From: Octopus vulgaris
Taxonomy: Eukaryota
Direction of reading: 5' to 3'
NCBI GenBank assembly: GCA_951406725.2
Contig: OX597814.1
Location: 10,230,001-10,294,000, forward strand
DNA length: 64,000 nt
Shown here: positions 27,554-42,600 of the stretch, one piece after another
Numbering within the stretch: position 1 is the first letter of the stretch
Layout of the letters: each line of letters begins with the position of its first letter
Translations under genes and position numbers: made by a program
The notes under the pieces: generated by a model
The model's database searches: none
Told to the model about the DNA's origin: nothing
Seen by the model: the letters and a program-made list of their open reading frames with translations, nothing else

Positions 27554-27656
27554 ATAAGGTATCCTTCTGAGATTTTACGAGGGTGGTATACTATAAAATT
27601 GGATTTAATCTTAAATCTAATTTTTCCCTGTAAGTTTGGATTTATTTCCTAATATT

Positions 27657-27718
<62 letters not shown>

Positions 27719-27909
27719 GATGTTCAATTTATAGGAAAGATCAAGGGGAATAATTACAAGGTAACTAAATGCTGCTTAAGCGTCCCAGGAATCAATGATC
27801 ACATTTGCCTGGAAGTTAATTCTAGGGAGAAGCGAGTCGTATTTAGGAGTACATAGGAAAGATTGAAAACGGTGACCAACGTTCAAGATGTTATTAAATC
27901 ATTTATATC

Positions 27910-28008
27910 TTCATGTCATCGACAAATGTTTCGATGGATGCATTCAAAATACACCCGACAGGTTGAATAATGTTGGGCAATGCATCAATCTTGTCAAGGA
28001 GGATATAA
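27910..28008 (-). ncRNA. Decayed hammerhead-like motif with U3-A8 core
   Basis: Minus: cctcc-TTGACAA-gattgatgcatt...aatgcatccatc-GAAA-catttg-TC-gatga; same architecture as 24827-24932, with poor stem I. Confidence 0.45.
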
Positions 28009-28490
28009 ACAACAGTGCTTAACACATAGACATTTTAACAGATATCGATATGAAGATGTAACTGATTTAATTAACATTTGTCTCTATTTTCAATTTTTCC
28101 TACATACATGGTGTGGATGTGGGTTTCTTTAAAACTAAACTGGATCTCTTCTTGTCGGGAGTACCAGATGAACCTACCTCACGACAGGAGACGCAGATGC
28201 GGGCAGCAGCATCGAACTCCCTTGTTGATCAAGTGCCACGTATCAGAGGTGGATTCACAAATTAGTGTAGGTCATTCAGCGATGGTGCCCCAGCATGGCC
28301 GCGGCCTTCGGGCTAAAACATTTTTAAGGATTAAGGATTTTAAGGAATATATAAGTGTGCGTGTGTGTCTGATACCTGAGTGAAATAACATACACCTCAT
28401 ACATTTGATAACTATAAACTATGAAAGAATTCATTTCAGTAGGTCGTTCGGTGAGAAGCAGAACACTCATACATCGTTTTGACGGGAGAG

Positions 28491-28531
<41 letters not shown>

Positions 28532-28607
28532 ACGCGCTCACACACACACACACACACACACGCACGCACGCACACACACGCACACACACACGCACATATA
28601 CACATAT

Positions 28608-28767
<160 letters not shown>

Positions 28768-28805
28768 AACTCACTTGGAAATGGATACGTGGCGTTCGAT
28801 CATAT

Positions 28806-29074
28806 AATAACATAAACAATATATAAACATATGCATATATGCATGCATATATGTACATGCCTACATCTATATGTATATATACATACCCGGAGTAGACTAA
28901 ACAGGGACAACTGAAGAAGAGGAATATTCCTTCTGTTGTATGTCTTGTACTCTGTTTTTTTTGTTTGAAAAAAATGTTCGTTTTTTTGGTACCCATATAT
29001 GCATGTATATATACATATAGATGTAGGTATGTACATATATGTATGTATATATGCATATGTTTATATATTATTTA

Positions 29075-29080
<6 letters not shown>
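28806..29080. repeat. Inverted duplication (~80-bp arms) around a 110-bp unique insert
   Basis: 28806-28885 is the reverse complement of ~29000-29080, including the non-microsatellite word CCTACATCTATATG. Confidence 0.8.
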
Positions 29081-29119
<39 letters not shown>

Positions 29120-29233
29120 GGAAACTCCTGTCCATATATATGTGGCTGAAATTTACAGAAAATCAAAAGACAAAGACAGGTGTATGAGCAACAAGCAGGT
29201 GTATTAGTTTGATGCTAAGGAAAGTGAGAAAGC

Positions 29234-29270
29234 CTTTTACATTTCGAGCCTACGCTCTTCAACAGAAAGG
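29234..29270 (-). ncRNA. Minimal hammerhead-like motif (CUGUUGA core) in the insert 29118-29290
   Basis: Minus: ccttt-CTGTTGA-a-gagc-gtag-gctc-GAAA-tg-TA-aaagg; stems I and II are perfect, A6 is changed to U. Confidence 0.6.
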
Positions 29271-29294
29271 AAAAAGAAAAAATAAACAAAGAGA

Positions 29295-29700
29295 GGCGCA
29301 GGAGTGGCTGTTTGGTAAGTAGCTTGCTAACCAACCACATGGTTCCGGGTTCAGTCCTACTGCGTGGCATCTTGGGCAAGTGTCTTCTGCTATAGCCCCG
29401 GGCCGACCAATGCCTTGTGAGTGGATTTGGTAGATGGAAACTGAAAGAAGCCTGTCGTATATATGTATATATATATGTGTGTGTTCCCCTGTGTTTGTCC
29501 CCCCCTAGCATTGCTTGACAACCGATGCTAATGTGTTTACGTCACCGTCACTTAGCGGTTCGACAAAAGAGACCGATAGAATAAGTACTGGGCTTACAAA
29601 GAATAAGTCCCGGGGTCGATTTGCTCGACTAAAGGCGGTGCTCCAGCATGGCCGCAGTCAAATGACTGAAACAAGTAAAAAAAAAAAAGAGTAAAGAGAG
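29295..29700 (+). mobile_element. SINE family A, full length
   Basis: Complete head, central (AT/GT) microsatellite and AAGTAAAA...GAGTAAAGAG tail. Confidence 0.92.
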
Positions 29701-29778
29701 TATAAAAAAACTTGTGGATTTCGCGATCTGGCATTATATATATGAATATATATATATAAATTCACACACACACACCCT

Positions 29779-29810
<32 letters not shown>

Positions 29811-29854
29811 GACACACACACAGACACACAGACACACACATACACACACATCTA

Positions 29855-29892
<38 letters not shown>

Positions 29893-29940
29893 TCAACATA
29901 TATAAATACATATATATACATACATATATACATATATATG

Positions 29941-30664
29941 AGGAAAAATAAGAAAATGGACATAAAATTGCTTGTTGATAAGTATCATTTATTATTTATT
30001 GATTATGAAAAAAGAGAGTATCTCAACTTTTCGCGCTATTTTGGGCATAATGAGGCTTAATTATTACAATAATAAGATTTATCATTGTAAATAATTATAG
30101 CAACCTAAATAGGGAAACTCCATCAGAGCGGGAAAATAAAGGAAAAGAAAAGAAAACCAAGAGAAGGAAAGAAAAGAAGGATTTACAAATTGATGTTACA
30201 TGCTATCCCTCTGTAAACCTTTCGACCACTTGAAAAACTTATACAGTTAGAAAAGTTATAATGCTTAGTGGTACAAACCTATCTTAGTGGTACAGGCCTA
30301 TCTACGGGGGAAAAAAGGCTACTGTATAACTAAAATTGTCAGAGGGTCGTAGGGTTTTCAGAGAGATAGCATATAACATCAATTCGTATGGTCTTCTTTT
30401 CTCTTTTTCTCTTTCCTTTTCTTTTCTTTTTTCTTTGCTTCTTTTCTTTTTCTTTATTCTCCCGCTCTTATGAAGCTCTGCTGTTTAAGTTGGTATCATT
30501 ATCTACAATGGTAATCATTATTATTGTAATAGTTAAGCCTTATTATGCACAAAAGAGCGCGAGCAGAAACAGCTGTGAGACGAGATGCTATTTTTATTTT
30601 AATCAATAAATAAAAATTGATGTTTATCAATTATCAATTTTATCTCAATTTCCTTATTTTCCCT
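29941..30664. mobile_element. ~725-bp diverged palindrome; each arm has a decayed hammerhead (Penelope pLTR-like inverted pair)
   Basis: Arms align by eye from AGGAAAAATAAGAAAATGG / CCTTATTTTCCCT inward to ~30250/30320. Right arm has cgct-CTTATGA...GAAA-cagctg-TG (30460-30585); left arm minus strand has CTGATGG...GAAA. Confidence 0.8.
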
Positions 30665-30986
30665 TAAATATAGATAAAATTCTGTTTATTCTTTTCCTTG
30701 CCTATCATATATATGAAATATGCATGTATGCGTGTATCTGAGTATATACATGTGTGGGCGGTGCATATATGTATGTATACGTATGTATTAGCATATCTAT
30801 ACGTATACCTATATATATATATATTTATATACTCATATACACACACACATACATACTCAGACATATATATATACCATTGTATGTGTATATATATTCACAT
30901 GCATGCGACTGCGTATATATAGGTATGTACATAGATATGTGTGCTCATATACATAGGCGGGAATCCCCACATGCATACACACGTAC

Positions 30987-31029
<43 letters not shown>

Positions 31030-31404
31030 CAACTACAATCTCTACAGCTATACACACGAACCATATTTTCCTATCAAATCACACTTTCACAGACACACAT
31101 ACTCAGACATACACACACACGAATATACGCACACACATAGGCATACACGCAACCGTCACGTTCACATACACTGAAAAGTACTAAATCAAAGAAATATATA
31201 AATTCATAGATGACATAAAAAATAATTTTCGAAACGGAAGAAAAAAATATTATAAGTTGTTACAGAACACATTCGAATAATTATTGAAAAGAACTCAGAA
31301 TAAACAACTACGACAGAACTTTTCAAAGGTATTTCATACTAAAAAGAAATATTAAAAACAGCCTCATCAAATGACGTCAGCAAAATAACACAGAGTGCTG
31401 TATA

Positions 31405-31443
<39 letters not shown>

Positions 31444-31457
31444 CATATGTGTGTGTG

Positions 31458-31533
<76 letters not shown>

Positions 31534-32688
31534 CATATATATAGATAGAGAATAGACAGATAGATAGTTAGTTAGATAGATAGATAGATAGATGGATGGA
31601 TGGATACATACATACATACATACATACATACATACATACATACATACATACATACATACATACATACCTGCATACATACACATGTATATGAAAAAAAGCT
31701 GAAATTATAGACACACTAGTAGACGCATTAACTATTCACATAACAGTAATACAGACTATCGCATGATCACATACATTACACACAGATGAGTACACAGACA
31801 CATACGCACACACACACATACACACCCACACATATACATATATATATATATATACATCTATAGACCGACAAGAAAATAGATATACACACACATTATAGCA
31901 CACACACACACTCAAACATTAATACACACATAAATACACACATACATATTATATAGATTTCACACACACACACACACATATATATATACATAATCGCTTT
32001 AGAATATATATAAAAACATACAAGTGGACATACTGTCACAGAGAGGTAGAATTGCACACAATCGAAGTCAAACAGGACATGAAAGAGCAAACAGTGACAG
32101 AGATCTGGAAACGGGAATAAAGTTTAAAAATGAAAACATAAAATGGACACAAGAACCATAACAACACCGTCAATAAAAATCAATATTTTAAAAAATTATC
32201 AACAAATTACTTTCGTTCACTCTCTCTCTCTCTCTCTCTCTCTTTCTCTGTCCCATACTCACGCAGGTACACACAGCGACACATACACATACACACAGAC
32301 AAATATACACACGTATACATACACAAACAGGCGTACATCGCAGGCCACACGCAAAATACATGCTTACGCGCATTAAAGTATGTCACAAGAGTGTAATGTT
32401 TACAATTAATATTGTTGTTTGTCTGTGAGCATGTGTGTATATATATATATATATATGGATGTGTAGGTGTGTGAGTGTATAAATTTGTATACATGTATTC
32501 TTATATATATATAAGTGTGTATTGTGTGTACGTATGTATATAAACGCACTGTATACACACATATAGACATAGACATACACATTCTTACATAGGAACTGAC
32601 ACAAATGCTAACACACACACACATATACACAAACATACAAACACACACACACAAACATACAAACACACACACACACACAAACATACAA

Positions 32689-32740
<52 letters not shown>

Positions 32741-33618
32741 ATATGTATATAGAAACAGACATACATATGTACATACATATATACATGCAACCATGCATAC
32801 ATATACACACACAAATTTATATAAAACACGACAAAACACTCGAAAGTTTCTGTATAAGAAACTCTTTTTTATTTTGGCGTTTTCTTAATTTTTCTTAGAA
32901 GAAATTTCATTTTTCTCTCTTTTTTTTTTCGCCACACATATTTATTATATTTTTACAGCAGAAACATAATAAAGGGGGAAAAAAAAAGTTTTAATATTGG
33001 TTGAATCAGTTTTAAAATAGCATAAAATAAAATAGACAAAACATTAAGATTAGCCGTTAATCGGATTAGCTGCTAGTATGAGGCATAAGAAAACAGGAAT
33101 AGAGAACGATGAAGTAAACGGTAGTGTTTGAATTCTTGAACTATCAGGATCAGAATTCTTCGAAACTATTACAAAAGAGAGGGCAGAGTGTTGTGTAGTT
33201 ATTTTTGTTGTTGTTGCTGCTGGTATCGTTATTAAGGGATACCAGTCTTAAGTAGAATTTATCTTATGCTTATGCTCATATTATGCACAACTAGCTATCT
33301 AAGCAACTGCGCGTGTGTGTATGTGTGTATGTGTGTATATACATGTATATATATATATATAAATATAGATATAAAAATATGTGTTTATATACATTTTTAT
33401 ATGTAGACATATGTGTATATATATGTGTGTATGTGTGTGTGTGTGTTTGCATATGTGCATATAAATATACATGTATATATGTATATATATATATATATAG
33501 ACATACATATATATAAAATATATATGCATGTATATATGTATATATATATACATAATTAAAGTATATGTAAGCCAAGTTATATAATACAATATACATACAC
33601 GAAGACATATGAACCCAT

Positions 33619-33652
<34 letters not shown>

Positions 33653-33675
33653 GTGTGTGTGTATGTATGCATGTA

Positions 33676-33713
<38 letters not shown>

Positions 33714-33940
33714 TAGATAGATATACATACATATATATGGAGAGAGATATACATATATATATATCTAAATATGTGTATCTATATATATCTGTATGAATTA
33801 CATGTAAGTCAAGTTATATAATACAATATGCATACACGAAGACATACGAACCCATACATATACATACATATGTATGTGTATACGTACATACATACTTATG
33901 TACATATATATATATGTATATATATACATACATACATATA

Positions 33941-34011
<71 letters not shown>

Positions 34012-34452
34012 TGTTATCACTCCCCTTCTGTCTTAACTTTAGCTTTGTTCGTTATATTACACCTTCGGAATGAATGTCCGGCCATATTTGTGCACGCTGC
34101 AGACGTGTGTGTATGTGTGCCCGTGTAGGTAAGGTGGGTGTTTGAATGTGTTTACGCGGTATATGTATATGTTGAACTTGCAACGTGAATTACAAGTGTC
34201 AGTATGATATGTAGATATGTGTGTGTGTGTGTGTATGTATGTTTATGCGGACTCATGTTTAAGTATGGCGTTGTTTATGATCCGGTCTGAAAATAAAAAT
34301 ATATAAATGGGTATGTATGTGAATGTGTATCTGTGTACGCATGTGAGCTTTTGTGTGTGTGTGTGTGTGTGTGTGTATGCGTTTGTGTGTGTGTGTGCAT
34401 GCACGCTGGTAGCTATATATAAATATACGCACGTATGTACGTAAGAAGATAA

Positions 34453-34524
<72 letters not shown>

Positions 34525-35241
34525 TGTATGTATGTGTATATGTATACGTGTACATTAGTTATGTATGTATATTTGAATGCATGTGTAGATGTATTTGCAT
34601 TCGCATAATATACATATAGATATATACAAAAGTATACACATATATAACATATGTATAACATACGTATATCTGTGTTTCTATGCATGTATCCTGATACACA
34701 CACATATACATATACGTAATATGAACCTATAAATATACACATACACACACACACATATTAAGCTGGGTCTATTGGCGTTTACCATCAAATCTTGCATAAC
34801 TGATTGCAACAGTACTCCTCTGCTCATGCACACACCAGTGAAGATGCACACGGATGTATATATATATCTATATCCGGGGAATTTGTTCATACAGTAAGAT
34901 ATTTTGATTAACCCCTCGAAATATAAATAAAGAATGCCTTTGTATATGTGAGTATAGGTGTGTCCAGTTCTCCGTTTTGTAAGAACATATTCCTGTTTGT
35001 ATAATTCTGTCTTTTAAGGAGTTGTTTTCTTTCGTATGATTGTTCGTCTGTTTTCTGTGATTCATAATAGATAGTAGACATGTGGTAAACTCCTGACAAA
35101 CCGTATTATACGTTCGAGTTTTGTCGGCTTCATTTCCATTTTATCAGTCATAGAATGAGATCGTTGACGTATCGAAATTGCAACATCTTCGAATTCTAAA
35201 GTCAATAAAATTAAGGAATAAATATCTAAAAAAAAAAGAAT

Positions 35242-35510
35242 GTTCCTTCTCGAGCCATGCCAGGCTCACAGGAGCCGGTTTCTTGGTTTCAGTGGCGTAG
35301 AAATTCCCCACCTGGACGGGACACCGGTCCGTCGCAGGATTACTCCTTTTTGTGTATCTGCGTCCCCGTAACTTAGCAGTTCGGCAAAAGTTATCGTTAG
35401 AATAATTACCAGACCTACAAAATAAGTACTGGGGTCGATTTTTTCGACCAAATCTCTTCAAGGCGGTGCTCCAGCATGGCTGCAGTCAAACAACTGAAAC
35501 AAGTAAAAGA
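35242..35510. mobile_element. Fused SINE fragments: family C 3' part (minus) plus family A 3' half (plus)
   Basis: 35242-35340 matches 35948-36045; 35365-35510 matches the family A tail. Confidence 0.7.
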
Positions 35511-35947
35511 ATATATGTGTGTATGTGTTGCTTACGTTATAAGAATTTAGAACTTTCTAGAAACATGAAATAAATGTTTTGCATTTTAACAGTGTAACGC
35601 TACAAATAACAATCTGTAAGTATTGAGTTAAAACCTTTTGGATATGAAAAGTTTATGGCAACTCTGGGACCCAAATCTGTAAACCACTGTACCAAATTAA
35701 TTCTTCGAAATTATGCATCTATATTAGAAGCTTTGTTCTTAACGGCGAGGCTTGAATGTTGCTTATGTCATAAAATTTCTCGAAGTTTGGAAATTCTTAC
35801 CATAATTGTGGTGCTGTAGACATGGCTGTGTCATTGAGACGTTTACTTTACAATTACATGCTTTGAGTTCACTTCCACTGCGCTGTGCCTTCAACAAACA
35901 TCCTTCATATGTCGCACCGACCAACGAGTTGTGACTTTTTTTTGTTT

Positions 35948-36243
35948 GTTCCTTCTCTAGCCATGCCTGGCTTATAAGGGCTGGTTTCCCGGTTTCCTTG
36001 GCGTATAGGTTCCCCACCTGGATGGGACGCCGGTCCGTCGCAGGTGAGTTGCAAGATGCAGGAGGAAAGAGTGAGAGAAAGTTGCGGCGAAAGTGTCAGC
36101 AGAAGTTCGCCATTGCCTTCTGCTGGAGCTGCGTGGAGCTTCGGTGTTTTGCTCATAAGCACACACATCGCCCGATCTGAGGTTCGAACCCGCGATCCCT
36201 CGACCGCGAGTCCGCTTCTCTAACCACTTGGCCATGTGCCTCC
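35948..36243 (-). mobile_element. SINE family C (clear tRNA-derived head)
   Basis: Minus head GGAGGCACATGGCCAAGTGGTTAGAG...GGGTTCGAACC with A and B boxes; relatives at 53346 and 55550. Confidence 0.88.
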
Positions 36244-36299
36244 TCAACGAGTTGTGAATGAATTTAATTGATAGAAAATGTGTAGTAGTCCGTCGTACG

Positions 36300-36566
36300 T
36301 ACGTAATACATACTTACATAATACATACATACATACATACATACATACATACATACATACATACATACATACATAATACATACATAATACATACATACAT
36401 ACATAATACATACATACATACATACATACATAATACATACATAATACATACATAATACATAATACATACATACATACATACATACATAATACATACATAA
36501 TACATACATACATACATACATACATACATACATACATACATACATACATAATACATACATAATACA

Positions 36567-36600
<34 letters not shown>

Positions 36601-39600
36601 ATACATACATAATACATACATAATACATAATACATACATACATACATACATACATAATACATACATAATACATACATACATACATACATACATACATACA
36701 TACATACATACATACATACATAATACATACATAATACATACATACATACATACATACATACATACATACATACATAATACATACATAATACATACATACA
36801 TACATAATACATACATACATACGTACATACATAATACATACATACATACATACATACATACATACATAATACATACATAATACATACATACATACATACA
36901 TACATACATACATAATACATACATACATACATACATACATACATACATAATACATACATAATACATACATACATACATACATACATACATACATACATAA
37001 TACATACATAATACATACATACATACATACATACATAATACATACATAATACATACATACATACATACATACATACATACATACATACATAATACATACA
37101 TAATACATACATAATACATACATACATACATAATACATACATACATACGTACATACATAATACATACATAATACATACGTACATACATACATACATAATA
37201 CATACATAATACATACATACATACATACATACATACATAATACATACATAATACATACATACATACATACATACATACATACATACATACATAATACATA
37301 CATAATACATACATACATACATACATACATACATACATACATACATACATACATAATACATACATACATACATACATACATACATAATACATAAATAATA
37401 CATACATAATACATACATACATACATACATACATACATACATAATACATACATAATACATACATACATACATACATACATACATACATACATACATAATA
37501 CATACATACATACATACATAATACATACATAATACATACATACATACATACATACATACATAATACATACATAATACATACATACATACATACATACATA
37601 CATACATAATACATACATAATACATACATACATACATAATACATACATACATACATACATACATACATACATACATACATACATACATACATACATACAT
37701 ACATACAAATTACATACATAATACATACATACATACATACATACATACATACATAATACATACATAATACATACATACATACATACATACATACATACAT
37801 ACATAATACATACATACATACATACATACATACATACATACATACATACATACATACATACATACATAATACATACATAATACATACATAATACATACAT
37901 ACATACATACATAATACATACATACATACATACATACATACATACATACATACATACAAAATACAAACATACATACATACATAATACATACATAATACAT
38001 ACATACATACATACATACATACATACATACATAATACATACATACATACATAATACATACATAATACATACATACATAATACATACATACATACATAATA
38101 CATACATACATACATACATACATAATACATACATACATACATACATACATAATACATACATACATACATAATACATACATAATACATACATACATACATA
38201 CATAATACATACATAATACATACATACATACAACCATACATGCATGCATACATACATACATACATACATACATACATACATACATAATACATACATAATA
38301 CATACATACATACATACATACATACATAATACATACATAATACATACATACATACATACATACATACATAATACATACATAATACATACATACATACATA
38401 CATACATACATAATACATACATACATACATACATACATACATACATAATACATACATAATACATACATAATACATACATAATACATACATACATACATAC
38501 ATACATACATAATACATACATACATACATACAACCATACATGCATGCATACATACATACATACATACATACATACATACATACATAATACATACATAATA
38601 CATACATACATACATACATAATACATACATAATACATACATACATACATACATACATACATACATAATACATACATAATACATACATACATACATACATA
38701 CATAATACATACATACATACATACATACAACCATACATGCATGCATACATACATACATACATACATACATACATACATACATACATAATACATACATAAT
38801 ACATACATACATACATACATACATACATAATACATACATACATACATACATACATACATACATAATACATACATAATACATACATACATACATACATAAT
38901 ACATACATAATACATACATAATACATACATAATACATACATAATACATACATAATACATACATAATACATACATAATACATACATAATACATACATAATA
39001 CATACATACATACATACATACATACATACATACATACATAATACATACATAATACATACATACATACATACATAATACATACATAATACATACAACCATA
39101 CATGCATGCATACATACATACATACATACATACATAACATACATACATACATACATACATACATACATACATACATACATACATAACATACATACATACA
39201 TAATACATACATACATACATACATACATAATACATACATACATACATACATACATAATACATACATAATACATACATACATACATACATACATACATACA
39301 TAATACATACATAATACATACAACCATACATACATACATACATACATACGTACATACATAACATACATACATACATACATAACATACATACATACATACA
39401 TAATACATACATACATACATACATACATACATACATAATACATACATAATACATACATAATACATACATAATACATACATAATACATACATAATACATAC
39501 ATACATACATACATACATAATACATACATAATACATACATAATACATACATAATACATACAAAATACATACATACATACATACATACATAATACATACAT

Positions 39601-42600
39601 AATACATACATAATACATACATACATAATACATACATAATACATACATAATACATACATAATACATACATAATACATACATAATACATACATAATACATA
39701 CATACATACATACATAATACATACATAATACATACATAATACATACATACATACATACATAATACATACATAATACATACATAATACATACATAATACAT
39801 ACATAATACATACATACATAATACATACATAATACATACATAATACATACATAATACATACATAATACATACATACATACATACATAATACATACATAAT
39901 ACATACATAATACATACATACATACATACATACATAATACATACATAATACATACATAATACATACATAATACATACATAATACATACATAATACATACA
40001 TACATACATACATAATACATACATAATACATACATAATACATACATAATACATACATAATACATACATAATACATACATAATACATACATACATACATAC
40101 ATAATACATACATACATAATACATACATAATACATACATAATACATACATAATACATACATAATACATACATAATACATACATAATACATACATAATACA
40201 TACATAATACATACATAATACATACATAATACATACATACATACATAATACATACATAATACATACATAATACATACATAATACATACATACATACATAC
40301 ATAATGCATACATAATACATACATAATACATACATAATACATACATACATACATACATAATACATACATAATACATACATAATACATACATAATACATAC
40401 ATAATACATACATAATACATACATAATACATACATAATACATACATAATACATACATACATACATACATACATAATACATACATAATACATACATAATAC
40501 ATACATAATACATACATAATACATACATAATACATACATAATACATACATAATACATACATACATAATACATACATAATACATACATACATACATACATA
40601 ATACATACATAATACATACATACATACATACATACATACATAATACATACATAATACATACATAATACATACATACATACATACATAATACATACATAAT
40701 ACATACATAATACATACATACATACATACATACATAATACATACATAATACATACATAATACATACATAATACATACATACATACATAATACATACATAA
40801 TACATACATAATACATACATAATACATACATAATACATACATAATACATACATAATACATACATACATAATACATACATAATACATACATAATACATACA
40901 TACATACATACATACATACATACATACATACATACATAATACATACATAATACATACATAATACATACATACATACATACATAATACATACATAATACAT
41001 ACATAATACATACATACATACATACATAATACATACATAATACATACATAATACATACATAATACATACATAATACATACATAATACATACATACATACA
41101 TAATACATACATACATACATACATAATACATACATAATACATACATAATACATACATAATACATACATAATACATACATAATACATACATAATACATACA
41201 TAATACATACATAATACATACATAATACATACATACATACATACATAATACATACATAATACATACATAATACATACATAATACATACATAATACATACA
41301 TAATACATACATACATACATACATAATACATACATAATACATACATACATACATACATACATACATACATAATACATACATAATACATACATAATACATA
41401 CATAATACATACATAATACATACATAATACATACATACATACATACATAATACATACATAATACATACATAATACATACATAATACATACATAATACATA
41501 CATACATACATACATACATAATACATACATAATACATACATAATACATACATAATACATACATAATACATACATACATACATACATAATACATACATAAT
41601 ACATACATAATACATACATACATAATACATACATAATACATACATAATACATACATAATACATACGTAATACATACATAATACATACATAATACATACAT
41701 ACATACATACATACATACATAATACATACATAATACATACATAATACATACATACATACATACATACATAATACATACATACATACATACATACATACAT
41801 ACATAATACATACATAATACATACATACATAATACATACATAATACATACATAATACATACATAATACATACATAATACATACATACATACATACATACA
41901 TAATACATACATAATACATACATAATACATACATACATACATACATACATACATAATACATACATAATACATACATAATACATACATAATACATACATAA
42001 TACATACATAATACATACATAATACATACATAATACATACATACATACATACATAATACATACATAATACATACATAATACATACATAATACATACATAA
42101 TACATACATAATACATACATAATACATACATAATACATACATACATACATAATACATACATAATACATACATAATACATACATAATACATACATAATAAA
42201 TACATAATACATACATAATACATACATAATACATACATAATACATACATAATACATACATAATACATACATACATACATACATAATACATACATAATACA
42301 TACATAATACATACATAATACATACATACATACATACATAATACATACATAATACATACATAATACATACATAATACATACATACATACATACATAATAC
42401 ATACATAATACATACATAATACATACATAATACATACATAATACATACATAATACATACATAATACATACATAATACATACATACATACATACATAATAC
42501 ATACATAATACATACATAATACATACATAATACATACATACATACATACATAATACATACATAATACATACATAATACATACATAATACATACATAATAC

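Noticed and set aside
31372-31379. CRE palindrome TGACGTCA
   Set aside because: A single 8-mer is expected by chance in 64 kb.
35085-35190. CTGACAA...GAAATTGCAA hammerhead-like spacing
   Set aside because: C3/A8 mismatch, no UH site and weak stems.
36165-36243. tRNA gene
   Set aside because: The acceptor stem does not close and it continues into a repeated body, so it is a SINE head.
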